IMG/VR virus record: IMGVR_UViG_3300037307_000181
Coordinates: 2,523-66,522 of that record
DNA: 64,000 bases
Direction: 5' to 3' (one strand)
From: a virus
The position numbers were made by a program, and so were the translations under genes. Below the pieces are notes generated by a model, which saw only the letters and a list, made by a program, of their open reading frames with translations, searched no databases and had not been told where the DNA came from. Below, piece by piece: positions 20,190-29,910 of the stretch. Each line of letters starts with the position of its first letter. Within the stretch, counting starts at the first letter, position 1.

Positions 20190-21494
20190 CTAGCTCAATT
20201 TACAATGCCTCACGATGGCGTGGACATTTGGGTACTTAACTTTGAGAGCCATGTAGCCCTTGATGAAGTAGTCGTATGAGTCCTTGATACGAGCCAACTC
20301 AACGAAGCTCATCAGTTTACCGACTGGGCGGCCCATGTCGTCAACCATACCAACGAATGAGATACCACGTGCAGGTGACATGTTCAACAGAACAATGTTC
20401 TGCTCACCAGATGCAAGAGGCTTAATCACGGTGCTGACAGTCTTTGAACCACTATCGCTGTATGCTTCAACATTACCGTTGACTTTACCATCGGCATCAT
20501 AGGTCAGGGCAGGAATGACATCTAGCAGGAAGTACCCACCAGTTGAAAGCTGTCGCCAGATCATATAAAGCTTTGCATTGTCATCGTGTGTCCAAGTCAG
20601 GTTAGCTGTCTTGTTTGTGCTTGCAGCTACAACGTTAGCCGAAGCCGTTCCTGGGATTTGCTCACCATACATTGTCACTGACGAAATCTTGTAGGTATAA
20701 GTACCATCAGCCAGTGTACCACCAGCAGCAATGACACCTGTGGTTGCAGGAGACGTGCTTGTGCTAGCAGGAACAACATAATCTGATTCCAGAATTGCAG
20801 CTTTGCCATAGGCAGACATCGTGATCTGACCGTCATTTAGCTGAGCGGTAGACAGAGGAAGCTGAACTTTGGTCTGTAGGCCGGCAACAACCTGATTCAT
20901 GCGGAGACCCATGATCCATAGGCGAGGATCATTGCGAGTCTGACGGAACTTCGATGCCGCTGCCAATGCAGAGTCAAGATCATCCAGGCTAACTTTATCA
21001 CCACCAGCATCAACAACATTCTCTGGAGCGTAGGCGAAAATGCGTGGGATCAGACCGCTATACTGGTAAGCATCACCAGTAAAACCAATGTCATTTGCAC
21101 AGCCCCATAGCAAACCGAACTCCATCAAATTTGCCATACCTTCCAGACTGCCGTTCAGTTCTTCAGCCAGGGCGTTGATAAATGCCTCGTCAACTTTCTG
21201 AGCAAACCCAGTCACAGAACCCCAAATACGCTGAATTTTTAACTGAACAGTTTTACGTGCATATGCACCATTCTGGTTGTTAGCACCAGTCGTTTCACCC
21301 TCGAACCAACCCAAAGGATGGCTGGTGCGTATATTATATTCATGAGTCTTGCCTTCTGCCTGATCGACAGAGATAAGCTCCGCCAAAGGCTGTAGCTTAA
21401 GCAATTCCTCATGAAGCGTGGCTTCCAGATCATACGGCACAAGAGCCGCACCGTCACCACTTGAAGTTAATGCTTTCTTAAGTTCACTAAACAT
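20190..21494 (-). CDS. major capsid protein (HK97-like) with inserted Ig/FN3-like domain
   Basis: 434 aa after the protease-scaffold gene, followed by a strong terminator. Confidence 0.85.
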   Translation of the reverse strand: MFSELKKALTSSGDGAALVPYDLEATLHEELLKLQPLAELISVDQAEGKTHEYNIRTSHPLGWFEGETTGANNQNGAYARKTVQLKIQRIWGSVTGFAQKVDEAFINALAEELNGSLEGMANLMEFGLLWGCANDIGFTGDAYQYSGLIPRIFAYAPENVVDAGGDKVSLDDLDSALAAASKFRQTRNDPRLWIMGLRMNQVVAGLQTKVQLPLSTAQLNDGQITMSAYGKAAILESDYVVPASTSTSPATTGVIAAGGTLADGTYTYKISSVTMYGEQIPGTASANVVAASTNKTANLTWTHDDNAKLYMIWRQLSTGGYFLLDVIPALTYDADGKVNGNVEAYSDSGSKTVSTVIKPLASGEQNIVLLNMSPARGISFVGMVDDMGRPVGKLMSFVELARIKDSYDYFIKGYMALKVKYPNVHAIVRHCKLS

Positions 21495-21506
21495 TTTTCC
21501 ACCTCG

Positions 21507-22676
21507 TTACTTTTCTTGATTGGGATTGAAATGCTTTCTTAGTGCATCTCGTAAATTTCTTGCTTGCGCTGATTTTTCAACTGGTTTTTCTTCTTTTGGA
21601 AGTTCAGTCTCTGGGACAGCGGCATCCCTACGTTCTGGAACACCTAGCTCAGGCTCATCTTCCGCCATAGCTTTCTCTTCCTTCTCACCTTCAGGCTGCT
21701 CAAGGACGACCTGAGCCTCTGCCTTGGCCTCTAAATTCTTAGAAAGCTGCTCAATGGCAGCAGCCATAGCTTGCGTGAACTTTTCAAATTGCTGTGACAA
21801 AGCATCAACTGCTTTGAGCACATCGGCATTGGATGCCTTTGGTTCTTCTTCAACCGCTTCTTCCTCAGCAGGTTCTTCTTCCGCTTCTGGTGCTGGTTGT
21901 TCTTCTACCGGAACTTCTTCCTCTTCATCAGAAGCTTGCTCCTCTACAGGTGCTTCCTCTTCGGGTACTTCTTCCTGTACAGGTGCTTCTTCTTTCACCT
22001 CATCAGCTTCGGGGGCTTTTACTTCTTCCTCTACAACTGGGGCTTTTTCTGTAGCATCATTTTGCTCAGGCATATCTTTCTCCTTGTCAGGATCACCTGC
22101 AACGATAGCTGCTTTTAGCTCATCAAGCTGCTGCAAAACAGCTTCTTTACCTTGCGACTGAGCCAAACCCATAAACGTGCCCTTTACTCCAGACAGCACA
22201 GCATCATAATTTGCAGGATGATCAACTAATGAAATTTCGACAAGCGTATAATCGTTGATTATCAGCCCACCATCTTCCAGAAAATCAACATCTTCAAAGC
22301 TAAGCAGAATGCCAACAGACAATGCCTTTAGCAAGCCCTGCTCAACCTCAAAGATAGTTTGTGGATCAATAACTTTAATCTCGACTTCGTTCCAACCAAG
22401 ACCATCATCAGAACCAATCTTTACGACCTTGGCAACTGGGCGTGGCAGGTGCATGTAACGAATGTTTCCCCACTGACGATACTTCGGAATTGCACGTTCT
22501 GTGGCAGCACGAGTAATAATGTCGCCAACCTCATCTTTGTTATCCGATGTAAAGAAACCTATTACGATAAGTGTCCCATCATCACTTCTGCCAACGACTT
22601 TAGTAATAGGAACACCGAGAATCTTTGCTCGTGGGGTAGACCATGCTTGAATTTGACTTTTGTCGATTTTATTCAT
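21507..22676 (-). CDS. prohead protease-scaffold fusion
   Basis: NIRYMH..KALSVG..LVEISLVDHPAN HK97-type protease motifs plus a long acidic E/P/A tail. Confidence 0.85.
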   Translation of the reverse strand: MNKIDKSQIQAWSTPRAKILGVPITKVVGRSDDGTLIVIGFFTSDNKDEVGDIITRAATERAIPKYRQWGNIRYMHLPRPVAKVVKIGSDDGLGWNEVEIKVIDPQTIFEVEQGLLKALSVGILLSFEDVDFLEDGGLIINDYTLVEISLVDHPANYDAVLSGVKGTFMGLAQSQGKEAVLQQLDELKAAIVAGDPDKEKDMPEQNDATEKAPVVEEEVKAPEADEVKEEAPVQEEVPEEEAPVEEQASDEEEEVPVEEQPAPEAEEEPAEEEAVEEEPKASNADVLKAVDALSQQFEKFTQAMAAAIEQLSKNLEAKAEAQVVLEQPEGEKEEKAMAEDEPELGVPERRDAAVPETELPKEEKPVEKSAQARNLRDALRKHFNPNQEK

Positions 22677-22677
22677 G

Positions 22678-22938
22678 TTACCTTCCAGTATTTCGTTTGG
22701 CTACTTCCAAAATTTCTGTGGCATCTTTCTTACCAAACACCCTTGTGAGTTCTTTCTCTGGAACTTCGAGAACCATCTCACATGTGATTGCCGTGATACC
22801 TCCAGAAAATTTTAGTACCTCAGGCCATTCAGGTTGCCACTTCTCGTACAGTTTCACATTCAGGTCTCCTGGCAGATACTCGTCAATCGTTGTACCTCTA
22901 GCATAGGAAGTACCTTGAGTGTATTGAAAAAAAAACAT
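22678..22938 (-). CDS. hypothetical protein
   Basis: 86 aa behind a late motif. Confidence 0.55.
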   Translation of the reverse strand: MFFFQYTQGTSYARGTTIDEYLPGDLNVKLYEKWQPEWPEVLKFSGGITAITCEMVLEVPEKELTRVFGKKDATEILEVAKRNTGR

Positions 22939-22952
22939 TTTATACTCACTTT

Positions 22953-22982
22953 CTCCAATCGTTATGGTTCACAAAATGCAAA
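22953..22982 (-). promoter_or_regulatory. putative late promoter motif
   Basis: TTTGCATT-N13-CGATTGGAG. Confidence 0.65.
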
Positions 22983-22993
22983 ATTTTACACAA

Positions 22994-23272
22994 TTATTTT
23001 TTCTGTTCGTTGATTGCTTTTGCCATCTCAGCAACCATACTCTTTGCAGCCACATCAGAAATAGCATTCACCAACTGATACATTGCTCTAACGACAGGAT
23101 CAGATGTATAAAATGTTTTGATGTGGCTACAAGATGGACAGGTTACAACCAAATTTGGGCCGTTGGTGCGCAACTGTTTACCAGGAACATCTGGATAAAA
23201 CTCACCACCAAACACGTGCCCTAACACAGCACCACACTGAATACACAGCCACTCAGTTTTACTAGCTACCAT
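22994..23272 (-). CDS. Zn-ribbon protein
   Basis: CxxC..CxxC; likely start 23272 with GGAGG. Confidence 0.6.
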   Translation of the reverse strand: MVASKTEWLCIQCGAVLGHVFGGEFYPDVPGKQLRTNGPNLVVTCPSCSHIKTFYTSDPVVRAMYQLVNAISDVAAKSMVAEMAKAINEQKK

Positions 23273-24890
23273 ACAAACCTCCAATTTCATCAATAGCATC
23301 ATCAAATACCTGGGCTACTTCTTCAATAGTTTCAGCCCGGCTGAGATAATAGGAGATAATGTCACGAATATCCTTGCCAATAACATCACTCCTGAACTCA
23401 CGAATAATTTTTCCACGCTTAAGACGTTTCAGAGAGAATGCTTTCCATGTCTTTAGTTCTCTCAAAATACTTTCACGTGGCTGATCGTTATGCTGATCAC
23501 CACGAGGTGGGTCTTGGTCATCCAGAGTTGGTTCTCCAATTTGAGATGGATCATCTGGCTCTCCCTCTCTGCCTTCTGGCGGACTACCCTGAGGATTTTC
23601 TTGTATTGGATTATCCTCTTCTTCGTTGGCATCTTCTACTTCCTGCCCCTCGTAATCATCGCCTTGCTCATCTTCACGTGGCTCATAACCAATCTCAGAA
23701 CGAATCTCGTTAGCATTGAGCACACCAATCTGCCTGTATCTCATGTGCACAGTCGCCTTCTCAACAGCATTCAAGAAGTCTGGTCGATTGAACTTGAACT
23801 CCCACTGTGGGATGCCAAATTCACGAACGTGTATCTGCTCGTAAAACGCAATCTCAATTGTGGTGAACAAAGGCACAAGTGTTGTCTCGTGAAACTCACG
23901 CCTTAGCTCTCTAAGATTTGCACTAGAGATAGATTCAGATAGACCTAACTTTGCACCAGCCACGCCGGTAACTGCAAGAACCTCTTCTCTGGCATCCTTC
24001 CTGGAGTCCTGATAAGGAAGTGCGTCTGGAAGAGGTCGCAATTCTTTGATATCAAACTCACCCTGCACAGCAATTGGGTTTCTACCTAGATTACTTGCAC
24101 CACTCTGACGTGCTTCTAGCTCACGAACAAATGTGTCAAACGCCTCATCACTGATATCAGGAGGCAGAGAATAAACCACCTCTGGTTTATCCCTGTTTTT
24201 CATATAATCCCTGGCAGCAGTTTGCAAATAAATGTCAAGAGGCAGCGTATATTCCGACAGTGCCTCGATATCAGAACCACCCAATGGTGATCCCTCCCAG
24301 TCTGGATTTACAAGATAGACGATATCTCGTTGATTTTTAAATTCAATTTTTGCTGACGCATCACTGGAGATATACTGCACAAATGCGGTGGTCTTGAATC
24401 TGCCGGATGAATCTACGTTTGGAACAACCAAGCCATGCAAGAAATCAAAACCAACTGCATTGCCCTCCTTGTCCCTTATGATATTAAACGCCGCTTGACC
24501 AAAATAGCGCAGATACATCACAGCAATCATCAGCTTATAAGACAGATTCTGATAATCCTTGATGTTATCCCACTGTTTGGTGTTCATCATGTAAAATTCA
24601 TAAAGACGCTTCTTATTACGTTCGGAAGCGTTCTTACCGTAAATCGGATGTCGCCTAAAAGACCACCATGCACCAATGGTTGATCGACCAACTACACTCA
24701 TGGCGGCACGTAAATAACCGTGCTTCTCAATTGTTTCCATCATGTCCCAAAACTCATTGAAACGTTCAACGGTTGGGTTTAGGTCGTCTATTTTGAATGC
24801 CTGTGTACCCGCTTGGAGTGTTCCGCCACGAGAGCGAATGATGGCTAGTGACGGTGACTGTTTCGTTATGCTAAATACGGATGCCACCAA
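23262..24890 (-). CDS. portal protein
   Basis: 542 aa; RDKPEVVYSLP..GVAGAKLG..LNANEIRSEIGYEP HK97-like portal motifs. Confidence 0.88.
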   Translation of the reverse strand: MVASVFSITKQSPSLAIIRSRGGTLQAGTQAFKIDDLNPTVERFNEFWDMMETIEKHGYLRAAMSVVGRSTIGAWWSFRRHPIYGKNASERNKKRLYEFYMMNTKQWDNIKDYQNLSYKLMIAVMYLRYFGQAAFNIIRDKEGNAVGFDFLHGLVVPNVDSSGRFKTTAFVQYISSDASAKIEFKNQRDIVYLVNPDWEGSPLGGSDIEALSEYTLPLDIYLQTAARDYMKNRDKPEVVYSLPPDISDEAFDTFVRELEARQSGASNLGRNPIAVQGEFDIKELRPLPDALPYQDSRKDAREEVLAVTGVAGAKLGLSESISSANLRELRREFHETTLVPLFTTIEIAFYEQIHVREFGIPQWEFKFNRPDFLNAVEKATVHMRYRQIGVLNANEIRSEIGYEPREDEQGDDYEGQEVEDANEEEDNPIQENPQGSPPEGREGEPDDPSQIGEPTLDDQDPPRGDQHNDQPRESILRELKTWKAFSLKRLKRGKIIREFRSDVIGKDIRDIISYYLSRAETIEEVAQVFDDAIDEIGGLYGS

Positions 24891-24930
24891 GTTGCCTCCT
24901 ATCCTTCACAAACAATAATCTTCTCGTTAT

Positions 24931-24960
24931 CTACAATCGTTTCCCGTGTTAAAAAGAAAA
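24931..24960 (-). promoter_or_regulatory. putative late promoter motif
   Basis: TTTTCTTT-N13-CGATTGTAG upstream of the portal gene. Confidence 0.65.
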
Positions 24961-24984
24961 AAGACACCCAAATAGGTGTCTTTT
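24959..24984 (-). terminator. intrinsic terminator
   Basis: AAAAGACACC/GGTGTCTTTT hairpin with T-tail on the minus strand. Confidence 0.7.
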
Positions 24985-25003
24985 GCACATGCAAAGTATT
25001 TAA

Positions 25004-25366
25004 TTATCCGTAGACAAATGACCGTCTAGCTCCGCAACCTACCACATGCTTGCCATCTTCACTACAGTAACGTGTATCTATACGATTTACATGCCCACAA
25101 TATTCACACTTCCATTCTTTTTGCCACTTCTTCTGTTCGATAGAAAACAGGAACTCGTCTACATAAGTAAACTGAGGAAAATATGTGCACTTTATTTCTA
25201 TGTCAGCAGACCACGCACCATTATCGGCAAGAAATTTTTCCCCATCATAAAAATAAGCTGGCATGTCGTTGCTTATACTAAAACTACTAACAATACCAGT
25301 GAGTTCTACTAATTGACCACTAGGTGATTCCACAAAAATCTTTACATTCTTTCCCACAGCAACCAT
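25004..25366 (-). CDS. hypothetical protein with C-terminal Zn-ribbon
   Basis: 120 aa; WKCEYCG..C..CG. Confidence 0.6.
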   Translation of the reverse strand: MVAVGKNVKIFVESPSGQLVELTGIVSSFSISNDMPAYFYDGEKFLADNGAWSADIEIKCTYFPQFTYVDEFLFSIEQKKWQKEWKCEYCGHVNRIDTRYCSEDGKHVVGCGARRSFVYG

Positions 25367-25457
25367 ATATGCTCCTTATAAAAATGATAATTGGCAAAGC
25401 CACCACACCCTGCCAATCATCAAAACCGGAGGAGAACCATGCCTACAACCGACTATA

Positions 25458-25486
25458 ATTATAGCATACTATTAGCATTATGTCAA
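25458..25486 (-). promoter_or_regulatory. sigma70-type promoter
   Basis: TTGACA-17-TATAAT with TGn extension. Confidence 0.8.
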
Positions 25487-25658
25487 GGGTAATTTCTAGT
25501 GCCACTTATCTCTGAAAGTCTTTAAGAGAATGATGACAATAACACGTATCCACCAAACAACTTTATCAACATCGTAAATCTTGTCCTCGTAGTATGCTAT
25601 CCACGCATTATATTCGGCATCAATATCATCAATATGTGTATCAGGTGTGACTTTCGTG

Positions 25659-25874
25659 TTATCCAATCTCCAGCAGCCTAACGCCAGACGCAACCAATAC
25701 AGTAATATTTACCTTACCCCTCAGATGCTCAAACTCTTTCTTGAGTTGATCCTGATCAACATCCAGGGGCACAACCAGAATATAATATTTGTTTGGGTCA
25801 AGCTCTAAAAGCATATTAGCATTATGCTCCTTAAGCACACTACTAACTTCTCTCTTAATAGCATTACTAAGCAT
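25659..25874 (-). CDS. hypothetical protein
   Basis: 71 aa, GGAGG RBS. Confidence 0.55.
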   Translation of the reverse strand: MLSNAIKREVSSVLKEHNANMLLELDPNKYYILVVPLDVDQDQLKKEFEHLRGKVNITVLVASGVRLLEIG

Positions 25875-26523
25875 ATCTATTACCTCCTCAAGGTAGATAA
25901 TCTTACTTGTAACTGTATACTTAACTATAAGGATTTAAGGTTATCCTATATAGGTTATCTTGATTTATAAGGAGCACTGATCTTGATCTTATAGGCACTG
26001 TGCTCACGATGAACAGGTAGTTCTCCCCCTACCCCGCAGTGACTAAAAGATTTAGTCATCACTTAAGCAGGAGAAGAAGCTACTGATGTGCCTTTTGAAA
26101 CATCATTGCCGATGTCTGTGGTTTTATTCAAGATGTTTTTTGAACTGATGAGGACTACTCATAGGCGAAACCACTATGTTAGCGGCGATAGCTTACGTGA
26201 TCTCAAACCTGCCCAGGTCTGCCGTTACCAGGTGGCGCATTGAAATCAATAAAAAATTGCACTCGATCACGTACTCCTTATGCAGGACGGGGAGTGTCGA
26301 TAGTGTCCCTACCCTCGATACTGTGCCCATAGCGGGTAGGTCAGGGATGAGCACAGGGTGTTTCCAAAAGACTCTGCATGTGGGTCAGTCACGTGCCAAG
26401 ACAGTTTTTGCATCGCTCACTGTCCGAGGGCGTTTACTTACAATATGTAATCCGACACACTGACTTGCGCTCGGACATTGTGTCCTAGAAGTTTGCCTGT
26501 TGCCCCCAGGACTTCTGACAATA

Positions 26524-26553
26524 ATTATAGCACATATACTGCCTTATTGTCAA
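26524..26553 (-). promoter_or_regulatory. sigma70-type promoter reading into the 650-bp ORF-free region
   Basis: TTGACA-18-TATAAT with TGn. Confidence 0.75.
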
Positions 26554-28442
26554 GGTCTTTTTGGGGAAATTAGATTAGAAATTATCCAGTCTATTTCCTC
26601 GTCTGTGTATTTATCTCTGTCTATCTTGGAGAATTTATACGACAGAGGAAATGGCATTTCGTAGCTATCACCTTCATAGTCTCCTTGTCTAACGGATAGT
26701 AAGTCCGATAGCTGTTCAGTAGGAACTTCGGCAAGGATTGAGACAAGTTCTTTAATCGTGTCATTATCCGGTCTAAATGTATCTACCTCTTCCACAGGCT
26801 TATTACTCTTTTTACCAATCACCGCAACTTTTGTAGCTCTGCCACGATTGATATCTACAGCAGTTTTCATGTAAAGCAGAGAATGTGCAAGGTGATCTGC
26901 TCTTAGCTTACGCCACACACCCACCTGGACTTCTCCAGACGGAGTGCGCCTTGTTTCTATGTCTCTCTTGATGGCTGTTGTGTGGTCAATCAGAAGTTCT
27001 ACCCCAGGTGATAGTGACAGGGGATTTCCAGGAAGTGTCCACATGCCAGACTTGATTGAGTCAATCAGGCTGTCAAATCCAGTTGTTCTGTTGATGGTAA
27101 CATTTGTAAGAAGTGTGGGAAATTCTTTTAAGCCTTTTTTGGCAATGTAAACTTCTTTCTGTTCAATATAGTCTGCTACAAGGATGCGGCCAGGAAATCT
27201 TTTTGCCATTTTTAGAGCTTCGTGTCTGTTTGGATTTCCATCAATGACACCTCGCCTGATGTGGAACAGGTCAATAAGCTGTGCCAGTCTATCAAAACCT
27301 TTTGTCAAAGGAATAAGTTCAACGTGTACAACTTTAATTCTGCGGGTATCTTTCTCAACTTTCCCAACGACAACCTGTAGCTCATTGCCCTGATCTGCTC
27401 CAAGAAAATAGGTTGATTGTCCATCCCAAATCACTTCTTCCTCGTATGGTTCATCAAAACAAGTAGTTAAGAAGTCGTCTCTTTCAATACTCCCACCACC
27501 CATTTCATACGGCATTCCGAGTCTCTTGCGGTAGAACTCCACCAGAGTTGTTTGCGGGTCTCTGAAAATTCTATAGAGTTCTGGTGCTGATGTAGTAAGC
27601 ATCTGGTGCACATGATATCCAACAACATCATTTGACAGATATGGTTTTTGTGCTACCCATCTGCCAGTTTGTATGTGTGGCACAGTGATCTCAGCGTTGC
27701 ATTTGGCACACCCGTAGAAAACTTTGGTTGGGTTGTTCTGAGCACCAACTATTCTCAGGTTCTTTTCCCAGTCAATGGGTTGTTCTTCGTTGCAGGATGG
27801 GCACTTTACCAACCACTGACGCTGATCCGATGACATATACAGACCGTGTATGCCATAGTTTGGTACTGTCGGAGTTGACAGGTAGTATGACAGTTTCCAC
27901 CTGGAAGCATCCATACGGTTGATTGCTGTGCCCATAAAATCTGGATTAGACAGATCAACTTCATCAACGTAGATTGCATCAGAAGGCATCATGCGTGGCT
28001 CAACGGATAGCTCCATAAAGAACAGGTAGCTGTCACCAATCCTCTTAGCGTGAGCACTGTCAGGCATGTCTAGCTTGTCTCTCAGGTATGCAGATGATTT
28101 GATCATTGGATCAATACGGGTTGTCACAAAGTCAAGCACGTCTTGCTGGCGTGGTAGAGTGTAGAAAATACGAACCGGCCAGTTGGTTGCAAAGTGAAAC
28201 ATCCTGGTCATTGCCCAGGTGCTGATACCAGATTGGGTTGATTTTGTAACAACAACTCTTCTAGGGTACTCAAGTGGGTACTTCTCTATGTACCAAGGAT
28301 TTACCGCCTGATATATTTCTGTAGCCCAGGTTCTGGTTGCTACTTCCCACTTTTTAGATTCCAACAGATCAATATACATAATTCCAAAAGCCAGTGGATC
28401 ACGTCTGGCTAGACTAGCCATCTCTTCTTTGTTTAGTCCCAT
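26550..28442 (-). CDS. terL: terminase large subunit (GpA-like)
   Basis: 630 aa; Walker A-like KSTQSGIS, Walker B IYVDEVD, STPT, CxxC Zn region, GADQG nuclease motif. Confidence 0.9.
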   Translation of the reverse strand: MGLNKEEMASLARRDPLAFGIMYIDLLESKKWEVATRTWATEIYQAVNPWYIEKYPLEYPRRVVVTKSTQSGISTWAMTRMFHFATNWPVRIFYTLPRQQDVLDFVTTRIDPMIKSSAYLRDKLDMPDSAHAKRIGDSYLFFMELSVEPRMMPSDAIYVDEVDLSNPDFMGTAINRMDASRWKLSYYLSTPTVPNYGIHGLYMSSDQRQWLVKCPSCNEEQPIDWEKNLRIVGAQNNPTKVFYGCAKCNAEITVPHIQTGRWVAQKPYLSNDVVGYHVHQMLTTSAPELYRIFRDPQTTLVEFYRKRLGMPYEMGGGSIERDDFLTTCFDEPYEEEVIWDGQSTYFLGADQGNELQVVVGKVEKDTRRIKVVHVELIPLTKGFDRLAQLIDLFHIRRGVIDGNPNRHEALKMAKRFPGRILVADYIEQKEVYIAKKGLKEFPTLLTNVTINRTTGFDSLIDSIKSGMWTLPGNPLSLSPGVELLIDHTTAIKRDIETRRTPSGEVQVGVWRKLRADHLAHSLLYMKTAVDINRGRATKVAVIGKKSNKPVEEVDTFRPDNDTIKELVSILAEVPTEQLSDLLSVRQGDYEGDSYEMPFPLSYKFSKIDRDKYTDEEIDWIISNLISPKRP

Positions 28443-29272
28443 TCTTCATCACTCTCTTCTAATGCTTTGTTGTCAGCATTTTTTACAGCACCATCGTCAA
28501 GCATAAATGTCATTTCATACTCTTGACAGGTCATGCCATGACCGTTTTCAATATGGCGGCGTAGGCTTTTTAGATGTTTTCCACACAAGTGGCACTCAGT
28601 CCCATCGCTGCTTGTATCCAGGCATCCCATCTTTCCAAATACAGGATTACCGTGCTCATCCAGAAGAGGAGCATTATTGTCTACATGTGGATCGACAACA
28701 CGGATTATGGCTTCAATTGGCTGCTCCTGTGCACCATCTTTCTGCTCGTTCAGCTTCTCAGCCAGATAGTCAAGAGCATCTTCTTTGGCTTTCATAACGG
28801 TGTCTCCCAGTTCATGTGTTACGGTTACGTCAACCTTCTGACCGGCAAACAAACCAATGATGTATCTGGATTGTGCAGCTACAACCGTAAGTATCTTTGG
28901 GTTTACCTTGTTCCCATCTTTGTCTGTACCATCCAGGTTGACATCAAGAATTTCTTGAGACCTGCCTACAGACTGTAGAAACTGCTGTTCTAGCTGTGCC
29001 ATCCTCCACTTGCTGAGCAGTTTCTTACCCTGAGCTACAACCATTGCTATGATTGGGTAATCACTTAGCCACTTGCGCACAGTTTGTGGGCTGACATTTA
29101 GCCTAGAAGCAATTTGATAGTTAGGTGTTCCCACTAGCATCAACTCTGCTGCTTTTACAACTTTATCTGGCAAGTCGTGTGCACTAAGCTGGTCTGTCAA
29201 CTGGTTTATGATATCAACCCACTCCTCGTCACCAGTGACAGAGGGAATTATTGAGCGTGTGTCATCTGTCAT
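28433..29272 (-). CDS. probable terminase small subunit (HTH) with C-terminal MucR/ROS-like Zn finger
   Basis: N-terminal HTH, directly upstream of terL; CHLCGKHLKSLRRHIENGHGMTCQEY. Confidence 0.6.
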   Translation of the reverse strand: MTDDTRSIIPSVTGDEEWVDIINQLTDQLSAHDLPDKVVKAAELMLVGTPNYQIASRLNVSPQTVRKWLSDYPIIAMVVAQGKKLLSKWRMAQLEQQFLQSVGRSQEILDVNLDGTDKDGNKVNPKILTVVAAQSRYIIGLFAGQKVDVTVTHELGDTVMKAKEDALDYLAEKLNEQKDGAQEQPIEAIIRVVDPHVDNNAPLLDEHGNPVFGKMGCLDTSSDGTECHLCGKHLKSLRRHIENGHGMTCQEYEMTFMLDDGAVKNADNKALEESDEEWD

Positions 29273-29532
29273 TCGTCATCTCCGTTGTCAGTAGAGTCAG
29301 TGCTTGTCAGTGTCAGCGGGTACACCACGTACTCGATGTCACTTATAGATACCTCGAAGCGCAGCCTGTTTTTATACTGTCGTCTTTCTTTCAGTATGTC
29401 TTTCCACAACCAGCGCAACCATGCCGGCCACGAGTAAGAGCTTGTACCATAAGTTTTTTCACATTCAGAGCACAGAGCAAACTGCCAAGTAATATGCTTT
29501 CCACAGCCAGCTAGACACTTATGTGTCGGCAT
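29269..29532 (-). CDS. hypothetical Zn-binding protein
   Basis: Likely start MPTHKCLAGCG at 29532. Confidence 0.5.
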   Translation of the reverse strand: MPTHKCLAGCGKHITWQFALCSECEKTYGTSSYSWPAWLRWLWKDILKERRQYKNRLRFEVSISDIEYVVYPLTLTSTDSTDNGDDE

Positions 29533-29749
29533 CCTGCCCACCGATAAGTTCTTTGATGTTTTTAATTGCCCTTTTATAAATATATCCAATTGCTGCTCTT
29601 GTTGTACCGAGGAGTTCACCACACTCCTTTTGAGTAAACCCACACAGCCGAAGCACTAAGACGATACGCTGGATTGGTGGGAGTTTGTACATCTTTTCCT
29701 TAACTAAGATCAAATTTGCAAGCGAACTTTCCTCCTCAGAATTTAGCAT
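29519..29749 (-). CDS. sigma70 region-4-like HTH protein
   Basis: LPPIQRIVLVLR..FTQKECGELLGTTRAAI..RAIKNI. Confidence 0.7.
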   Translation of the reverse strand: MLNSEEESSLANLILVKEKMYKLPPIQRIVLVLRLCGFTQKECGELLGTTRAAIGYIYKRAIKNIKELIGGQDADT

Positions 29750-29782
29750 AAATACCTCCAAGCAAAAAATCCCCTATATTAA

Positions 29783-29849
29783 TTATAGCATAGAATAGGT
29801 AAAAAAGCAAGGATTTACCCTTGCTTTTTTAAAAGGTTTATGATATACT
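29783..29849. promoter_or_regulatory. divergent promoter pair built on a 12-bp inverted repeat
   Basis: AAAAAAGCAAGG (29801-12) / CCTTGCTTTTTT (29819-30); each arm supplies a TTGCTT -35, with TATAAT (minus) and TATACT (plus) -10 boxes. Confidence 0.7.
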
Positions 29850-29910
29850 TATATATGTATAGCATTCCGTGTGCAGCGTTTCTGCACAATAATCTATAAG
29901 GAGACCTGTT

